Shown one piece after another: positions 8,716 to 18,064 of a stretch of DNA of 64,000 bases. This stretch comes from a bacterium (lineage in GTDB: Bacteria > Sysuimicrobiota > Sysuimicrobiia > Sysuimicrobiales > Segetimicrobiaceae). Location: positions 6,707 to 70,706 of the forward strand of contig DASYXS010000005.1 in NCBI GenBank assembly GCA_035934535.1. Direction: 5' to 3'. The notes under the pieces were generated by a model. It had not been told where the DNA came from. It was given only the letters and a program-made list of their open reading frames with translations, and made no database searches. The position numbers were made by a program, and so were the translations under genes. Within the stretch, counting starts at the first letter, position 1; every line of letters starts with the position of its first letter.

Positions 8716-9515
8716 CCGCCGCGCGCCAGCCCGCGGCCGTCGGGACGGGCGCCGTTTTGGGCGTGGACCATCTCACGATGCGTTTCGGCGGCCTCGTCGC
8801 CGTCTCCGACGTGTCGTTTACCGTCCGCCCGCGCGAGATCCTCAGCATCATCGGTCCGAACGGCGCCGGGAAGACGACGGTGTTCAACTGTATTACGGGG
8901 TTCCTGCGTCCCACGGCCGGCCGGATCACGTTCGAAGGCAAGGACCTCACCGGGCTGCGCCCCGATCTCGTGGTCAGGCACGGGATCGCGCGCACGTTCC
9001 AGATGATCCGTCTGTTTCCCGATCTCGGCGTGGACGAGAACGTGATGATCGGTCTCCACGGCCGGATCCGCGCCGGCACGCTGGACTCGCTGCTGCACAC
9101 GCCGCTCCACCGGCGCGAGGAGGCCTGGGTGCGCGAGGAGACGCGCCGGTGGCTCGCGTTCGTCGGGTTGGAGGCCCGCGCCGACCGGCTGGCGCGCGAA
9201 CTCGCGTACGGCAACCAGCGGCGCCTCGAGATCGCGCGGGCGCTCGCGACCGGGCCGCGCCTCTTGATTCTCGACGAGCCGGCGAGCGGCATGAACCCCG
9301 CGGAAAAGGCGGGGCTCGTCCAGCTGGTCGACCGGATTCGCGACTCCGGCGTGACGGTGCTGCTGATCGAGCATGACATGAGCGTCGTGATGGGGATCAG
9401 CGATCGGATCATCGTGCTGGATCACGGCGTGCAGATCGCCGAGGGTGTCCCGGACGAGATCCAGCGCGATCCGAAGGTGATCGAGGCGTACCTCGGCCGG
9501 GAGGACGGCGAGTGA
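8712..9515 (+). CDS. ABC transporter ATP-binding protein (LivG-like)
   Basis: GTGA start/stop overlap at 8712; Walker A GPNGAGKTT, signature YGNQRRLEIA, Walker B LLILDEP. Confidence 0.85.
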   Translation: MTAARQPAAVGTGAVLGVDHLTMRFGGLVAVSDVSFTVRPREILSIIGPNGAGKTTVFNCITGFLRPTAGRITFEGKDLTGLRPDLVVRHGIARTFQMIRLFPDLGVDENVMIGLHGRIRAGTLDSLLHTPLHRREEAWVREETRRWLAFVGLEARADRLARELAYGNQRRLEIARALATGPRLLILDEPASGMNPAEKAGLVQLVDRIRDSGVTVLLIEHDMSVVMGISDRIIVLDHGVQIAEGVPDEIQRDPKVIEAYLGREDGE

Positions 9516-10234
9516 GCCTTCTCCAGGTCCGGGACCTCGTCACCGCGTACGGCAGCATCGAAGCGCTGCACGGGCCGTCGTTCCACGTGGACGAGGGGGA
9601 GATCGTGGCGCTGCTCGGCGCCAACGGCGCGGGAAAGACGACCGCGCTGCGGACCATCTCGGGGCTGCTCCGTCCCCGGTCGGGCGAAGTGCACTTCGCC
9701 GGCCGGCGGATCGACACCCAGCCCGCGCACGAGATCGTGCGGGCGGGCCTGACGCAGGTGCCGGAGGGCCGGTGGATCTTCTCGCTGATGACCGTCGAGG
9801 AAAACCTGCGATTGGGCGCTTTTATCGAGCCGGGCGTCCCGCGCGCCGGACTCGACCGCGTCTTCGCGCTGTTCCCGCGCCTCGCCGAGCGGCGCACGCA
9901 GCTGGCCGGCACGCTGTCCGGCGGGGAGCAGCAGATGCTGGCCATGGCGCGCGCGCTCATGACCAAGCCCCGTCTGCTCCTGCTCGACGAGCCGTCGATG
10001 GGGCTCGCGCCCGTGCTGGTCCGGCTGATCTTCGAAAAGATCGCGGAGATCAACCGCGAAGGGACGACCGTCTTGCTCGTGGAGCAGAATGCCAATGCCG
10101 CCCTCCGCCTCGCGAAGCGCGCGTACGTGCTGGAAAACGGCCGCGTGGCGCTCGAGGGACCGGCGGCGGACCTGGCGCGCAACGAAGCGGTCCGCCGCGC
10201 CTACCTCGGCATAGGCGCCGGCGGCCGCGACTGA
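9512..10234 (+). CDS. ABC transporter ATP-binding protein (LivF-like)
   Basis: Walker A GANGAGKTT, LSGGEQQMLAMARAL, LLLLDEP. Confidence 0.85.
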   Translation: MSLLQVRDLVTAYGSIEALHGPSFHVDEGEIVALLGANGAGKTTALRTISGLLRPRSGEVHFAGRRIDTQPAHEIVRAGLTQVPEGRWIFSLMTVEENLRLGAFIEPGVPRAGLDRVFALFPRLAERRTQLAGTLSGGEQQMLAMARALMTKPRLLLLDEPSMGLAPVLVRLIFEKIAEINREGTTVLLVEQNANAALRLAKRAYVLENGRVALEGPAADLARNEAVRRAYLGIGAGGRD

Positions 10235-10248
10235 TCCCGGAGGCCCCG

Positions 10249-11091
10249 ATGCCCGAACCCCCCGCACTGTACGATCGCGGTCCCGGCACGCCGCTCGACG
10301 TCGACCGCGAGTTCTACGGGCGGCTGGCCCGCGAGGTGATCAGGCGGACGCTCGTCGAGCGGTTCGTCATTCCGATCCGGTCGGGCCGGGCGTGGACGGT
10401 GCCGGCCGGCCACCTGTGCCGCATGATCTGCGTCGACGGCCCACAGGTCGGCGACTTCAACGCCTGGAACCTGCATAATCCGCGCGAGCGGTTCTGGGCG
10501 TCCCGCACCCGGCAGCTCCACGGGACGCACGTGACGGCGTTCGACCGGCTGTGGTCGTGCCTACCGTACCTGCGCCCGATGCTGACGATCACCGCGGACA
10601 CCATCAACTACGGGTTCGACGAGGACGGGGCCGGCTGCCACGACCTGCTGGGCACGCGCTGCGATCCGTACGTGCACAAGATGCTGAACGGCGAGGAGTT
10701 CGACCTGACGTGCCACTCCAACCTGACCCGCGCCGTCGCGCCGTACCATCTCACGGAGCTCGACGTCCACGACGTCCTCAACGTATTCATGGTCACCGGC
10801 CTGCGGAAGGACGGCCGCTATTTCGCGAAGGCGTGCCCCGCGAAGAAGGGCGACCACTTCGAGTTTTTCGCCGAGATGGACCTGCTGTGCGCGCTCTCGA
10901 CCTGCCCCGGCGGCGACATCTCCAAGCCGATCTTCGGTCCGCATCGCGCCGATCCGCTCTCCGTCTGCCGCCCCCTCGCGGTGGAAGTCTACCGGCCCGC
11001 GCCGGTGCTGCTCGAGGGCTGGGCGCCGCGCCCGCCCGCGGACTACCGGGGAGGGCACGGGCTGCGTTCACCCGAATCGACCGGACGCTAG
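10249..11091 (+). CDS. DUF1989 family protein (second paralog; carboxyguanidine deiminase-like)
   Basis: ATG 10249 after GGAGG RBS; 280 aa; paralog of 4684-5358 (TITADT..GCHDLL, CHSNL, FMVTG, GDHFEF, STCPGGD). Confidence 0.75.
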   Translation: MPEPPALYDRGPGTPLDVDREFYGRLAREVIRRTLVERFVIPIRSGRAWTVPAGHLCRMICVDGPQVGDFNAWNLHNPRERFWASRTRQLHGTHVTAFDRLWSCLPYLRPMLTITADTINYGFDEDGAGCHDLLGTRCDPYVHKMLNGEEFDLTCHSNLTRAVAPYHLTELDVHDVLNVFMVTGLRKDGRYFAKACPAKKGDHFEFFAEMDLLCALSTCPGGDISKPIFGPHRADPLSVCRPLAVEVYRPAPVLLEGWAPRPPADYRGGHGLRSPESTGR

Positions 11092-11153
11092 AGGAGTGCG
11101 GGAACCAAAACGGAAATGCCGACCAATCCGTTACCCGGCGCTCGGAGGTCAGT

Positions 11154-12023
11154 ATGGCCCGCCGCAGGACGCGCTTCGGCATCTGCACGGATCAGAACCT
11201 GCCTTGGCCCACGCTCGTCGAACGCTGGCAGTACGTCGAGCGCCTCGGCTTCGACAGCGTCTGGGACTGCGACCACCTGAACCAGCCGAGCAACCCAACA
11301 GGACCGTACTACGAGGGATGGACGCTGCTTGCCGCCCTGGCGGCGCGCACGGAGCGGATCCGCGTCGGCGTCCTCGTGAGCTGCAACACGTTCCGGCACC
11401 CCGGCCTGCTGGCCCAAGAGGCGGTCACCGTCGACCACATATCGAACGGCCGCCTCGAGCTGGGCTTCGGAGCCGGATGGTTCGTCCCCGAGCATCAGCG
11501 GTTCGGCATTCCCTTTCCGCCGAGCGGTGAGCTGGTCGTGCGCTTCCGTGAGGCGGTAGAGGTGCTCGACAGCCTCTTGCGCAACGAGGCGACGACCTTC
11601 GCCGGCAAATACTATCAGCTTCAGGGCGCCTCTGTGCGGCCGCGGCCCGTGCAGAAGCCACGCCCGCCGCTCACGCTCGGGGCCCACGGACCGCGAATGC
11701 TTCGGATCTGCGCCGAGTACGCGGACGCCTGGAACTCGTTCGGTACCGTGGAGGAGATTCGTGAGCGCAACCGGATTCTGGACGAGCAGTGCGCGGCAAT
11801 CGGGCGGGATCCCCAGACGATCTGGCGGTCGTTTTACGGATGGGCGAGCCAGATGGCGAGTCAAGGACTGCCCGATCCATGGTCGAGCGCGTCCGCGTTC
11901 CAGGACATCGTTGGGCGGTACAGCGCGGCCGGGATCAACGAGTTTATCATCGATCAGCCGCGCCCGGAGCAGTTCGCGGTTCTTGAGCGGGTCGCGACCG
12001 ACGTGATTCCCGAGCTGCGCTAG
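11154..12023 (+). CDS. LLM class (luciferase-like) flavin/F420-dependent oxidoreductase
   Basis: ATG 11154 after GGAGGT RBS; 289 aa; LLM fold motifs (LGFDSVWDCDHL, RLELGFGAGW). Confidence 0.75.
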   Translation: MARRRTRFGICTDQNLPWPTLVERWQYVERLGFDSVWDCDHLNQPSNPTGPYYEGWTLLAALAARTERIRVGVLVSCNTFRHPGLLAQEAVTVDHISNGRLELGFGAGWFVPEHQRFGIPFPPSGELVVRFREAVEVLDSLLRNEATTFAGKYYQLQGASVRPRPVQKPRPPLTLGAHGPRMLRICAEYADAWNSFGTVEEIRERNRILDEQCAAIGRDPQTIWRSFYGWASQMASQGLPDPWSSASAFQDIVGRYSAAGINEFIIDQPRPEQFAVLERVATDVIPELR

Positions 12024-12050
12024 GCGAAGATCCGAAGCGATCCTCGTCTC

Positions 12051-13094
12051 GTGGCAACCGACGACACACGCACGGAGCCACCCGCGGCGGCCGTCCCGCC
12101 CCGCGGAGCCGGGGTCCCGTCCGATCTCGCACCGGCGGACCTCGAGCGTCTCTACTACTACATGATGCTCCAGCGGCTCGCCGAGGAGCGGGTCGTGAAG
12201 CTCTATCAGACGGGCCAGATCGTCGGCGCCTGCTTCACCGGTTGGGGCCACGAGGCGATCGCCGTCGGCGCCGCCGCCGCGCTCGGTCCGGACGACGTCG
12301 CGGCGACCCTGCACCGCGACCTCGGCGCGCGGCTCGTGCTGGGGATGCCGCTCGGCTACTACTTCGCGAACTTCCTCGGACGGTCGGGCTCGCCCACCCG
12401 CGGCCGTGAAGGTAACCTGCACATCGGCGGCCTCGGGCCGCGCATCCTGCTGCACACCGATTTCATCGGCGGGAACGTCCCGATCGCGGCGGGCGCCGCG
12501 CTCGGCTTCAGCGTCCGCCAAGAGCCGCGCGTCGCGCTGGCCAACTTCGGCGAGGGCACGCTCGCGACGGGCGAGTTCCACGAGGCGGTCAACATGGCGG
12601 CGGTGCTGCGGCTGCCGCTCGTGCTCGTCTGCTGGAACAACCAGTTCGCGCTCTCCACGCCGCTCGCGCGCGAGATCGTGGGGCCGCTCGACGCGCGGAT
12701 GGCCGGGTACGGCATCCACGCGTGCTCCGTCGACGGCAACGACGTGCTCGCGGTGTACCGCGCGGCGCGCGAGGCGGTGGACCGCGCCCGGGCCGGCGGC
12801 GGGCCGTCGTTCGTCGAGGGCCGCACCATGAGGGTGCGGGGACATTCCGAGGCGGACGACGCCTCCTACGTGCCGCGCGCCATGATCGAAGAGGGCCGCC
12901 GCGCGGATCCGGTGGAGCGCTTTGCCCGGGATCTTGTCGACACGGGGGCCGTGACCGCCTTCCGCCTCGACGAGCTGCGCGCGCAGGCGCTCGCGGAAGT
13001 GGACGAGGCGCAGGCGTGGGCGGAAGCGACGCCGCCGCCCGACCCGGCGGAGCTCGAGCACGGCGTGTACTGTGAGGCGACGCCGTGGCCGTAA
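12051..13094 (+). CDS. Thiamine-diphosphate-dependent 2-oxoacid/acetoin dehydrogenase E1 component alpha subunit
   Basis: TPP motif GEG-x26-NN (NFGEGTLATGE...CWNNQFA); 347 aa. Confidence 0.8.
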   Translation: MATDDTRTEPPAAAVPPRGAGVPSDLAPADLERLYYYMMLQRLAEERVVKLYQTGQIVGACFTGWGHEAIAVGAAAALGPDDVAATLHRDLGARLVLGMPLGYYFANFLGRSGSPTRGREGNLHIGGLGPRILLHTDFIGGNVPIAAGAALGFSVRQEPRVALANFGEGTLATGEFHEAVNMAAVLRLPLVLVCWNNQFALSTPLAREIVGPLDARMAGYGIHACSVDGNDVLAVYRAAREAVDRARAGGGPSFVEGRTMRVRGHSEADDASYVPRAMIEEGRRADPVERFARDLVDTGAVTAFRLDELRAQALAEVDEAQAWAEATPPPDPAELEHGVYCEATPWP

Positions 13095-14059
13095 TGACCT
13101 ACATCGAGGCGATCGCGGACGGCCTGCGCCAGGCGATGCGCGCCGACGCATCCGTGATCCTGTTCGGCGAGGACGTGGGCGCGTACGGCGGCGCGTTCAA
13201 GCTGAGCAAGGGGTTCATCGAGGAGTTTGGCGCGTCGCGCGTCATCGATACGCCGATCTGCGAGGCGGCGATCGTCGGAACGGCGGTGGGGGCGGCGCTC
13301 GTCGGGCTGCGGCCCGTCGTCGAGATGCAATTCGCCGACTTCATCTCGAACGCGTTCACGCAGATGGTCAACGTGGCCGCCACCTCCGCGTACCGGGCGG
13401 GCGGCTGCGTGCCGATGGTGGTGCGGGCGCCGTGCGGCGCCGGCACCCACGGCGGGCCGTTCCACTCCCAGTCGATCGAAGGCTACTTCTTCCATACGCC
13501 GGGGCTCAAGATCGTGATGCCGTCCACGCCCGCCGACGCGAAGGGCCTCATCCTCGGGGCGATCGCGGACCCGAACCCCGTCCTGTACCTGGAGCACAAG
13601 GCGCTGTACCGGTCGCAGCGCGGTCACGTCGAGGACGGCCTCGCCATCGAACCGCTCGGCCGCGCCGCGGTGCGGCGGCCCGGACGCGATCTCACGGTGC
13701 TGACCTACGGGATGATGGCGCACCGGAGCCTCGAGGCCGCGGAGCGCGCCGCCGCGGACGGGATCGAGGCCGAGGTGATCGACCTGCGTACGCTCCTGCC
13801 GCTTGACCTCGACACGATCACGGAGTCGGCGGCGCGGACGAGCCGCGTCCTCATCGTGCACGAGGACCGGCTGCGGGGCGGGATCGGCGCGGAGATCGCC
13901 GCGCATCTCGGCGAGCATCTGTTCACGTCGCTCGACGCGCCGGTCTCGCGGATCGGCGCGCCGGACACGCCGGTCCCGTACGCCCCGCCGCTCGAGACGG
14001 CCTATCTCCCGAGCGTGGACCGGATCTGCGAGGGAATCACGCGCCTCGCGCGCTGGTGA
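13094..14059 (+). CDS. 2-oxoacid dehydrogenase E1 component beta subunit (transketolase-like)
   Basis: ATG 13094 overlapping alpha stop (TAATG); alternative GTG 13085; E1-beta conserved core; no E2/E3 gene follows. Confidence 0.8.
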   Translation: MTYIEAIADGLRQAMRADASVILFGEDVGAYGGAFKLSKGFIEEFGASRVIDTPICEAAIVGTAVGAALVGLRPVVEMQFADFISNAFTQMVNVAATSAYRAGGCVPMVVRAPCGAGTHGGPFHSQSIEGYFFHTPGLKIVMPSTPADAKGLILGAIADPNPVLYLEHKALYRSQRGHVEDGLAIEPLGRAAVRRPGRDLTVLTYGMMAHRSLEAAERAAADGIEAEVIDLRTLLPLDLDTITESAARTSRVLIVHEDRLRGGIGAEIAAHLGEHLFTSLDAPVSRIGAPDTPVPYAPPLETAYLPSVDRICEGITRLARW

Positions 14060-14084
14060 TTCCTTCCATCCACCGGGTCCGGCG

Positions 14085-14128
14085 CAGCCGGGGGAGGATC
14101 TTGACAGGATAAAACAACTGTATCAAAC
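14085..14128 (+). promoter_or_regulatory. AT-rich island with TTGACA hexamer upstream of the TetR-efflux operon (putative promoter/operator)
   Basis: cTTGACAggataaaacaactgtatcaaaccc is strikingly AT-rich for this 70% GC window, ~40 nt upstream of the TetR start. Confidence 0.3.
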
Positions 14129-14130
14129 CC

Positions 14131-14826
14131 ATGTTTGAGATGAAGGGCTCGGTTCCTCGTGCCAAAGCCTCCCGGGCGCCCGCGCCGTCCCGGCCCGGTC
14201 CCGACGATACCCGCGACAAACTGCTCAAGGCCGCCGAGGAGATCTTCGCGGAGCGCGGCTTCCAGGCCGCGACCGTGCGCGAGATCTGCCTGCGCGCCGG
14301 AGCGAACGTCGCCGCGATCAACTACCACTTCGGGGACAAACTCAGCCTGTATACCGAGGTGCTGAAGAAATTTGCCCGCACCCTCGACGTCGAGGGGAGC
14401 GTGGCCGGTCAAACGATGCCGCCCGAGGATCTTCTGCGCGCGATCATCCGCCTGCGGCTTCGCGCCGTCTTTTCCTCGGACCACCCGGACTGGTTGTTTC
14501 GGGTGATGGCGCACGAGTGGGCGCAGCCGACCCCCGCGATGGATCGCGTGCTCAACGGAACCATGCGGCCGCTGTACGACCGTTTCCGGCAGATCGTGGG
14601 GACGATCATCGGCCGGCCGCCGGACGATGAGAAGACGCGGCTCTGCGTCCACAGCATCATCGGCCAGGCCCTCCACTACGTGCAGGGGCGGCCTGTGCTT
14701 GCGCGGCTGTGGCCGGATCTTACGATGACCCCGCAGCAGGTGGACCGGATCGCCGACCATATCGCGGATTTCTCGCTGGCGTACCTGCAGCGGTGCACGC
14801 CGGAGCGCCGGCGGACGCGGGCATGA
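14131..14826 (+). CDS. TetR/AcrR family transcriptional regulator
   Basis: N-terminal HTH (LLKAAEEIFAERGFQAATVREICLRAGANVAAINYHFGDK); first gene of the efflux operon, as E. coli ybiH/cecR. Confidence 0.85.
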   Translation: MFEMKGSVPRAKASRAPAPSRPGPDDTRDKLLKAAEEIFAERGFQAATVREICLRAGANVAAINYHFGDKLSLYTEVLKKFARTLDVEGSVAGQTMPPEDLLRAIIRLRLRAVFSSDHPDWLFRVMAHEWAQPTPAMDRVLNGTMRPLYDRFRQIVGTIIGRPPDDEKTRLCVHSIIGQALHYVQGRPVLARLWPDLTMTPQQVDRIADHIADFSLAYLQRCTPERRRTRA

Positions 14827-16070
14827 GCACACCGCAGGCGCCGGCGGCAGGCGGCGGAACGCGCGGCACGGCCCGCGGCCGTCCGAAGTTTCTGCCGCTT
14901 ATCATCGTCCTCGTGCTTGTGGCGGCGGCGGTGTGGGCGTGGCGCACCTTCTTCACCGCGCCTTCGGTGCCGGACGGCATCGTGACCCTCAGCGGCCGGA
15001 TCGAAGGCGACGATTCCGCAATCGCCCCCAAGGTCGCCGGAAAGATTCTCGAGATCCGCGTTCGCGAAGGCGACACCGTGGGGACCGGCGACGTGCTGGC
15101 CGTCCTCGACGACAGTCAGATCCACGCCCAGGAAGATCAGGCACGGGCGGCGCTCGCGACCGCGAAGGCGCAGGAACAGGCGGCGCGCGACCAGATCGCG
15201 GTGTTGGAGCAGCAACTGGAGCAGAACCGGCTGCAGACCGCCCAGGCAAGCACCGACGCGGAGGGGCGGGTCCGGCAGGCGCAGGCCGACTTGGCGGCGG
15301 CCGAGGCGAACCTCGCGCAGCAGCAGGCCGCCTACCAGAATGCGGTGTTCAATCGGGACGCCTACACGCGCCTCTCCCAGCAGGGAGCCGTATCCGAGCA
15401 GCAGCGCGTCCAGGCGGTGACGGCGGCGGAGCAGCAGGCGGCCGTGGTCACCGCCGCGAGGCGGCAGGTCGACGCGGCGCGGGGCGCGCTTACCGCGGCG
15501 GAAGCCAACCTGACCAATCCCGCCATTCGGAGCGCGGCGACGGCACAGGTGCAGCGGCAGATCGTGCAGCAGCAGGCGATGATCGGCAGCGCGAACGCCC
15601 AGGTCGCGCAGGCCCTCGGAAAACTCGCCGAGGCGGAAGCCAACCGGCGCGATCTCGTGATCCGGGCGCCGTTCGGCGGAACGGTGATCACCCGCGCGGC
15701 GGAACCCGGCGAAGTCGTGACAGCGGGCACGGCGATCGTGACTCTCCTCAATCTGGACCAGGTCTACCTCCGGGGATTCATTCCCGAGGGCTCGATCGGG
15801 AACGTCAAGATCGGTCAGCGCGCGCACGTATACCTCGATTCCAATCCCAACCGGCCGATCGACGCGTTCGTCCTGCGGATCGACCCGGAGGCCGCGTTCA
15901 CGCCTGAGAACACCTATTTCCGCGAGGATCGCGTCAAGCAGGTGGTCGGCGTCAAGCTGCGGCTCACCGGCGCCTTCGGATACGCGAAGCCGGGCATGCC
16001 GGCCGACGGCGAGATCCTGGTCCGGGGCACGGAGTGGCCGAAGGGCTGGAAAGGCTGGCACAGTCAGTGA
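14823..16070 (+). CDS. HlyD family secretion protein / efflux periplasmic adaptor
   Basis: ATGA overlap with the TetR stop; N-terminal TM then long Ala/Gln-rich coiled coil and C-terminal beta-barrel (YbhG-like). Confidence 0.8.
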   Translation: MSTPQAPAAGGGTRGTARGRPKFLPLIIVLVLVAAAVWAWRTFFTAPSVPDGIVTLSGRIEGDDSAIAPKVAGKILEIRVREGDTVGTGDVLAVLDDSQIHAQEDQARAALATAKAQEQAARDQIAVLEQQLEQNRLQTAQASTDAEGRVRQAQADLAAAEANLAQQQAAYQNAVFNRDAYTRLSQQGAVSEQQRVQAVTAAEQQAAVVTAARRQVDAARGALTAAEANLTNPAIRSAATAQVQRQIVQQQAMIGSANAQVAQALGKLAEAEANRRDLVIRAPFGGTVITRAAEPGEVVTAGTAIVTLLNLDQVYLRGFIPEGSIGNVKIGQRAHVYLDSNPNRPIDAFVLRIDPEAAFTPENTYFREDRVKQVVGVKLRLTGAFGYAKPGMPADGEILVRGTEWPKGWKGWHSQ

Positions 16071-18061
16071 CGGCCGCCGGCCCGCCCGCGGCGCCCGACG
16101 AGCCCCCGGGGTCCACGCCGGTGGATTCCGCGATCCGCGTTCGGGAGCTCTGGAAGCGGTACGGCCCGCTCGACGCGGTCCGCGGCATCACGCTTGACGT
16201 GCGCGAGGGCGAGATCTTCGGTCTGATCGGCCCGGACGGCGCGGGCAAGACCTCGACGTTCCAGATCCTTGCCGGCGTCATGGAGGCGACGAGCGGCACG
16301 GCCGAGGTGTTCGGCCGCCCGGCGCGGGCCGCGCGCGCCGCCACAGGCTACCTCACCCAGGCCTTCAGCCTGTATCCCGACCTGACCGTCGACGAGAACA
16401 TCCGCTACGTCGCGGATCTCCGGCGCGTGCGCGCGGACGCCGCCGCGGAACGCGGCCGCCGGTACCTCCGCAGCTTCGGCATGGACCGGTTCGCGAACCG
16501 CCCGGCGGGCCAGTTGAGCGGGGGCATGAAGCAGAAGCTCTCGCTGGCCTGTGCGCTGGTGCCGGAGCCCCGCGTCCTGCTCCTGGACGAGCCGACCACC
16601 GGCGTGGATCCGGTGTCGCGGCGAGAATTTTGGGATGCGCTCGCCCACCTCGCCGCCGGCGGCCTGACGATCCTCGTGGCCACGCCGTATCTCGACGAGG
16701 CGGAACGCTGCGGCCGGGTCGCGCTGATGCACCAGGGCGAACTGCTGGATATGGGGACCCCGGCGGCACTGCGGGCTCGCCTGCGGGCGCGGCGGCTCGA
16801 GGTTCGCACCGCCGACCTCCGCGAGGCGGAACGCGCCCTCTCCGAACTGAGCGGGTCCGGCCGGACGATCCTCGACGTCCAGCGGTTCGGCGACCGCCTC
16901 GACGTGCTGACGCCGGAGCCCGGCGAGGCCGAACGCCTGCTCCGCGACGCGCTGCGCGCCGAGGGCCGGGCGGTCCAGGACGTGCGCGCCGATGCGCCGA
17001 CCCTCGAGAACACCGTTGTCGCGACCCTGCGCCGGCTCGGGCAGGAGCCGCACGCGGCGCCCTTCCCCGCCCGGCGCGACCACCGCGATCTGCGGGGGCA
17101 GACGGCGATCGGCGCGGTCCATCTGACGAAGCGGTTCGGCGCCTTCACCGCGGTCGACGGCGTGCATTTCGACATCCGGCACGGAGAAGTGTACGGGCTT
17201 CTCGGCGCCAACGGCGCCGGCAAGACGACGACGATCAAGATGCTGTGCGGCCTCCTGGAGCCGACCGCGGGAGAGGTGCGGCTCGCCGGCGAGCGCGGCC
17301 CGGTGCGCTCGGCGCGCGTGCGGCGCCGCGTGGGTTACATGTCGCAGAAGTTTTCACTCTACAACGACCTGACGATCGAGCAGAACCTCGACTTCTTCGC
17401 CGGCGTCTACGGCGTGCCGCCGGAGGAACGCGAAGAAAAGCGGCGGTGGGTCCTCGCGTTCTCGGGCCTCGAAGGCCGGGAACGGCAGATCACCGGCAGC
17501 CTGCCCGGCGGGTGGAAGCAGCGCGTGGCGTTCGGCGCCGCGATCATGCACGAGCCGAGCGTGCTGTTCCTCGACGAGCCGACCTCCGGCGTCGACCCGC
17601 TCGCGCGCCGCAGCTTCTGGACCATGATCAACCGGCTTGCCGATGCCGGAGCGGCGGTCCTCGTCACCACTCATTACCTCGAAGAAGCCGAACAGTGCAA
17701 CCGCGTCGGTTTCATGGCCGCGGGCGAGCTCGTCGCGGAGGGCGCGCCCGGCGAGATCAAGCGCCGGGAGATGGCCGGGCGGCACCTCATTGAAGTCCAG
17801 GTGGACCGTCCGCAGGCCGCCGTGGATCTGCTGAAGGGGGAGACCGACGCCTGGCGGATCTCGCTCTTCGGGGATCGGCTGCACGTCATCACGGACGGAG
17901 ACCCGGACCGCGCGATGCGCAGGCTCACGGATGCGCTGCGCGGCCACGGTGTGGGCGTCGTCTCGGCCCTGGAGGGGCGGTTCTCCCTGGAGGACGTGTT
18001 TCTCAGCGTGGTGGAGCGCGCGCGGGAGGAAGGCGCCGTCGTCGCGGACGAGGGGGCGTGA
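16067..18061 (+). CDS. Fused tandem ABC transporter ATP-binding protein (two ATPase domains; YbhF-like)
   Basis: Two Walker A (GPDGAGKTS; GANGAGKTT), two signature motifs (LSGGMKQK; LPGGWKQR), two Walker B; start set at GTG 16067 (GTGA overlap), alternative in-frame ATG 16034. Confidence 0.8.
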   Translation: MTAAGPPAAPDEPPGSTPVDSAIRVRELWKRYGPLDAVRGITLDVREGEIFGLIGPDGAGKTSTFQILAGVMEATSGTAEVFGRPARAARAATGYLTQAFSLYPDLTVDENIRYVADLRRVRADAAAERGRRYLRSFGMDRFANRPAGQLSGGMKQKLSLACALVPEPRVLLLDEPTTGVDPVSRREFWDALAHLAAGGLTILVATPYLDEAERCGRVALMHQGELLDMGTPAALRARLRARRLEVRTADLREAERALSELSGSGRTILDVQRFGDRLDVLTPEPGEAERLLRDALRAEGRAVQDVRADAPTLENTVVATLRRLGQEPHAAPFPARRDHRDLRGQTAIGAVHLTKRFGAFTAVDGVHFDIRHGEVYGLLGANGAGKTTTIKMLCGLLEPTAGEVRLAGERGPVRSARVRRRVGYMSQKFSLYNDLTIEQNLDFFAGVYGVPPEEREEKRRWVLAFSGLEGRERQITGSLPGGWKQRVAFGAAIMHEPSVLFLDEPTSGVDPLARRSFWTMINRLADAGAAVLVTTHYLEEAEQCNRVGFMAAGELVAEGAPGEIKRREMAGRHLIEVQVDRPQAAVDLLKGETDAWRISLFGDRLHVITDGDPDRAMRRLTDALRGHGVGVVSALEGRFSLEDVFLSVVERAREEGAVVADEGA

Positions 18062-18064
18062 GCA

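Noticed and set aside
16034-16066. ATG 16034 as start of the fused ABC ATPase
   Set aside because: It would overlap the HlyD gene by 37 nt. GTG 16067 in a GTGA stop-start overlap fits the coupling pattern used throughout this window. The choice remains uncertain.
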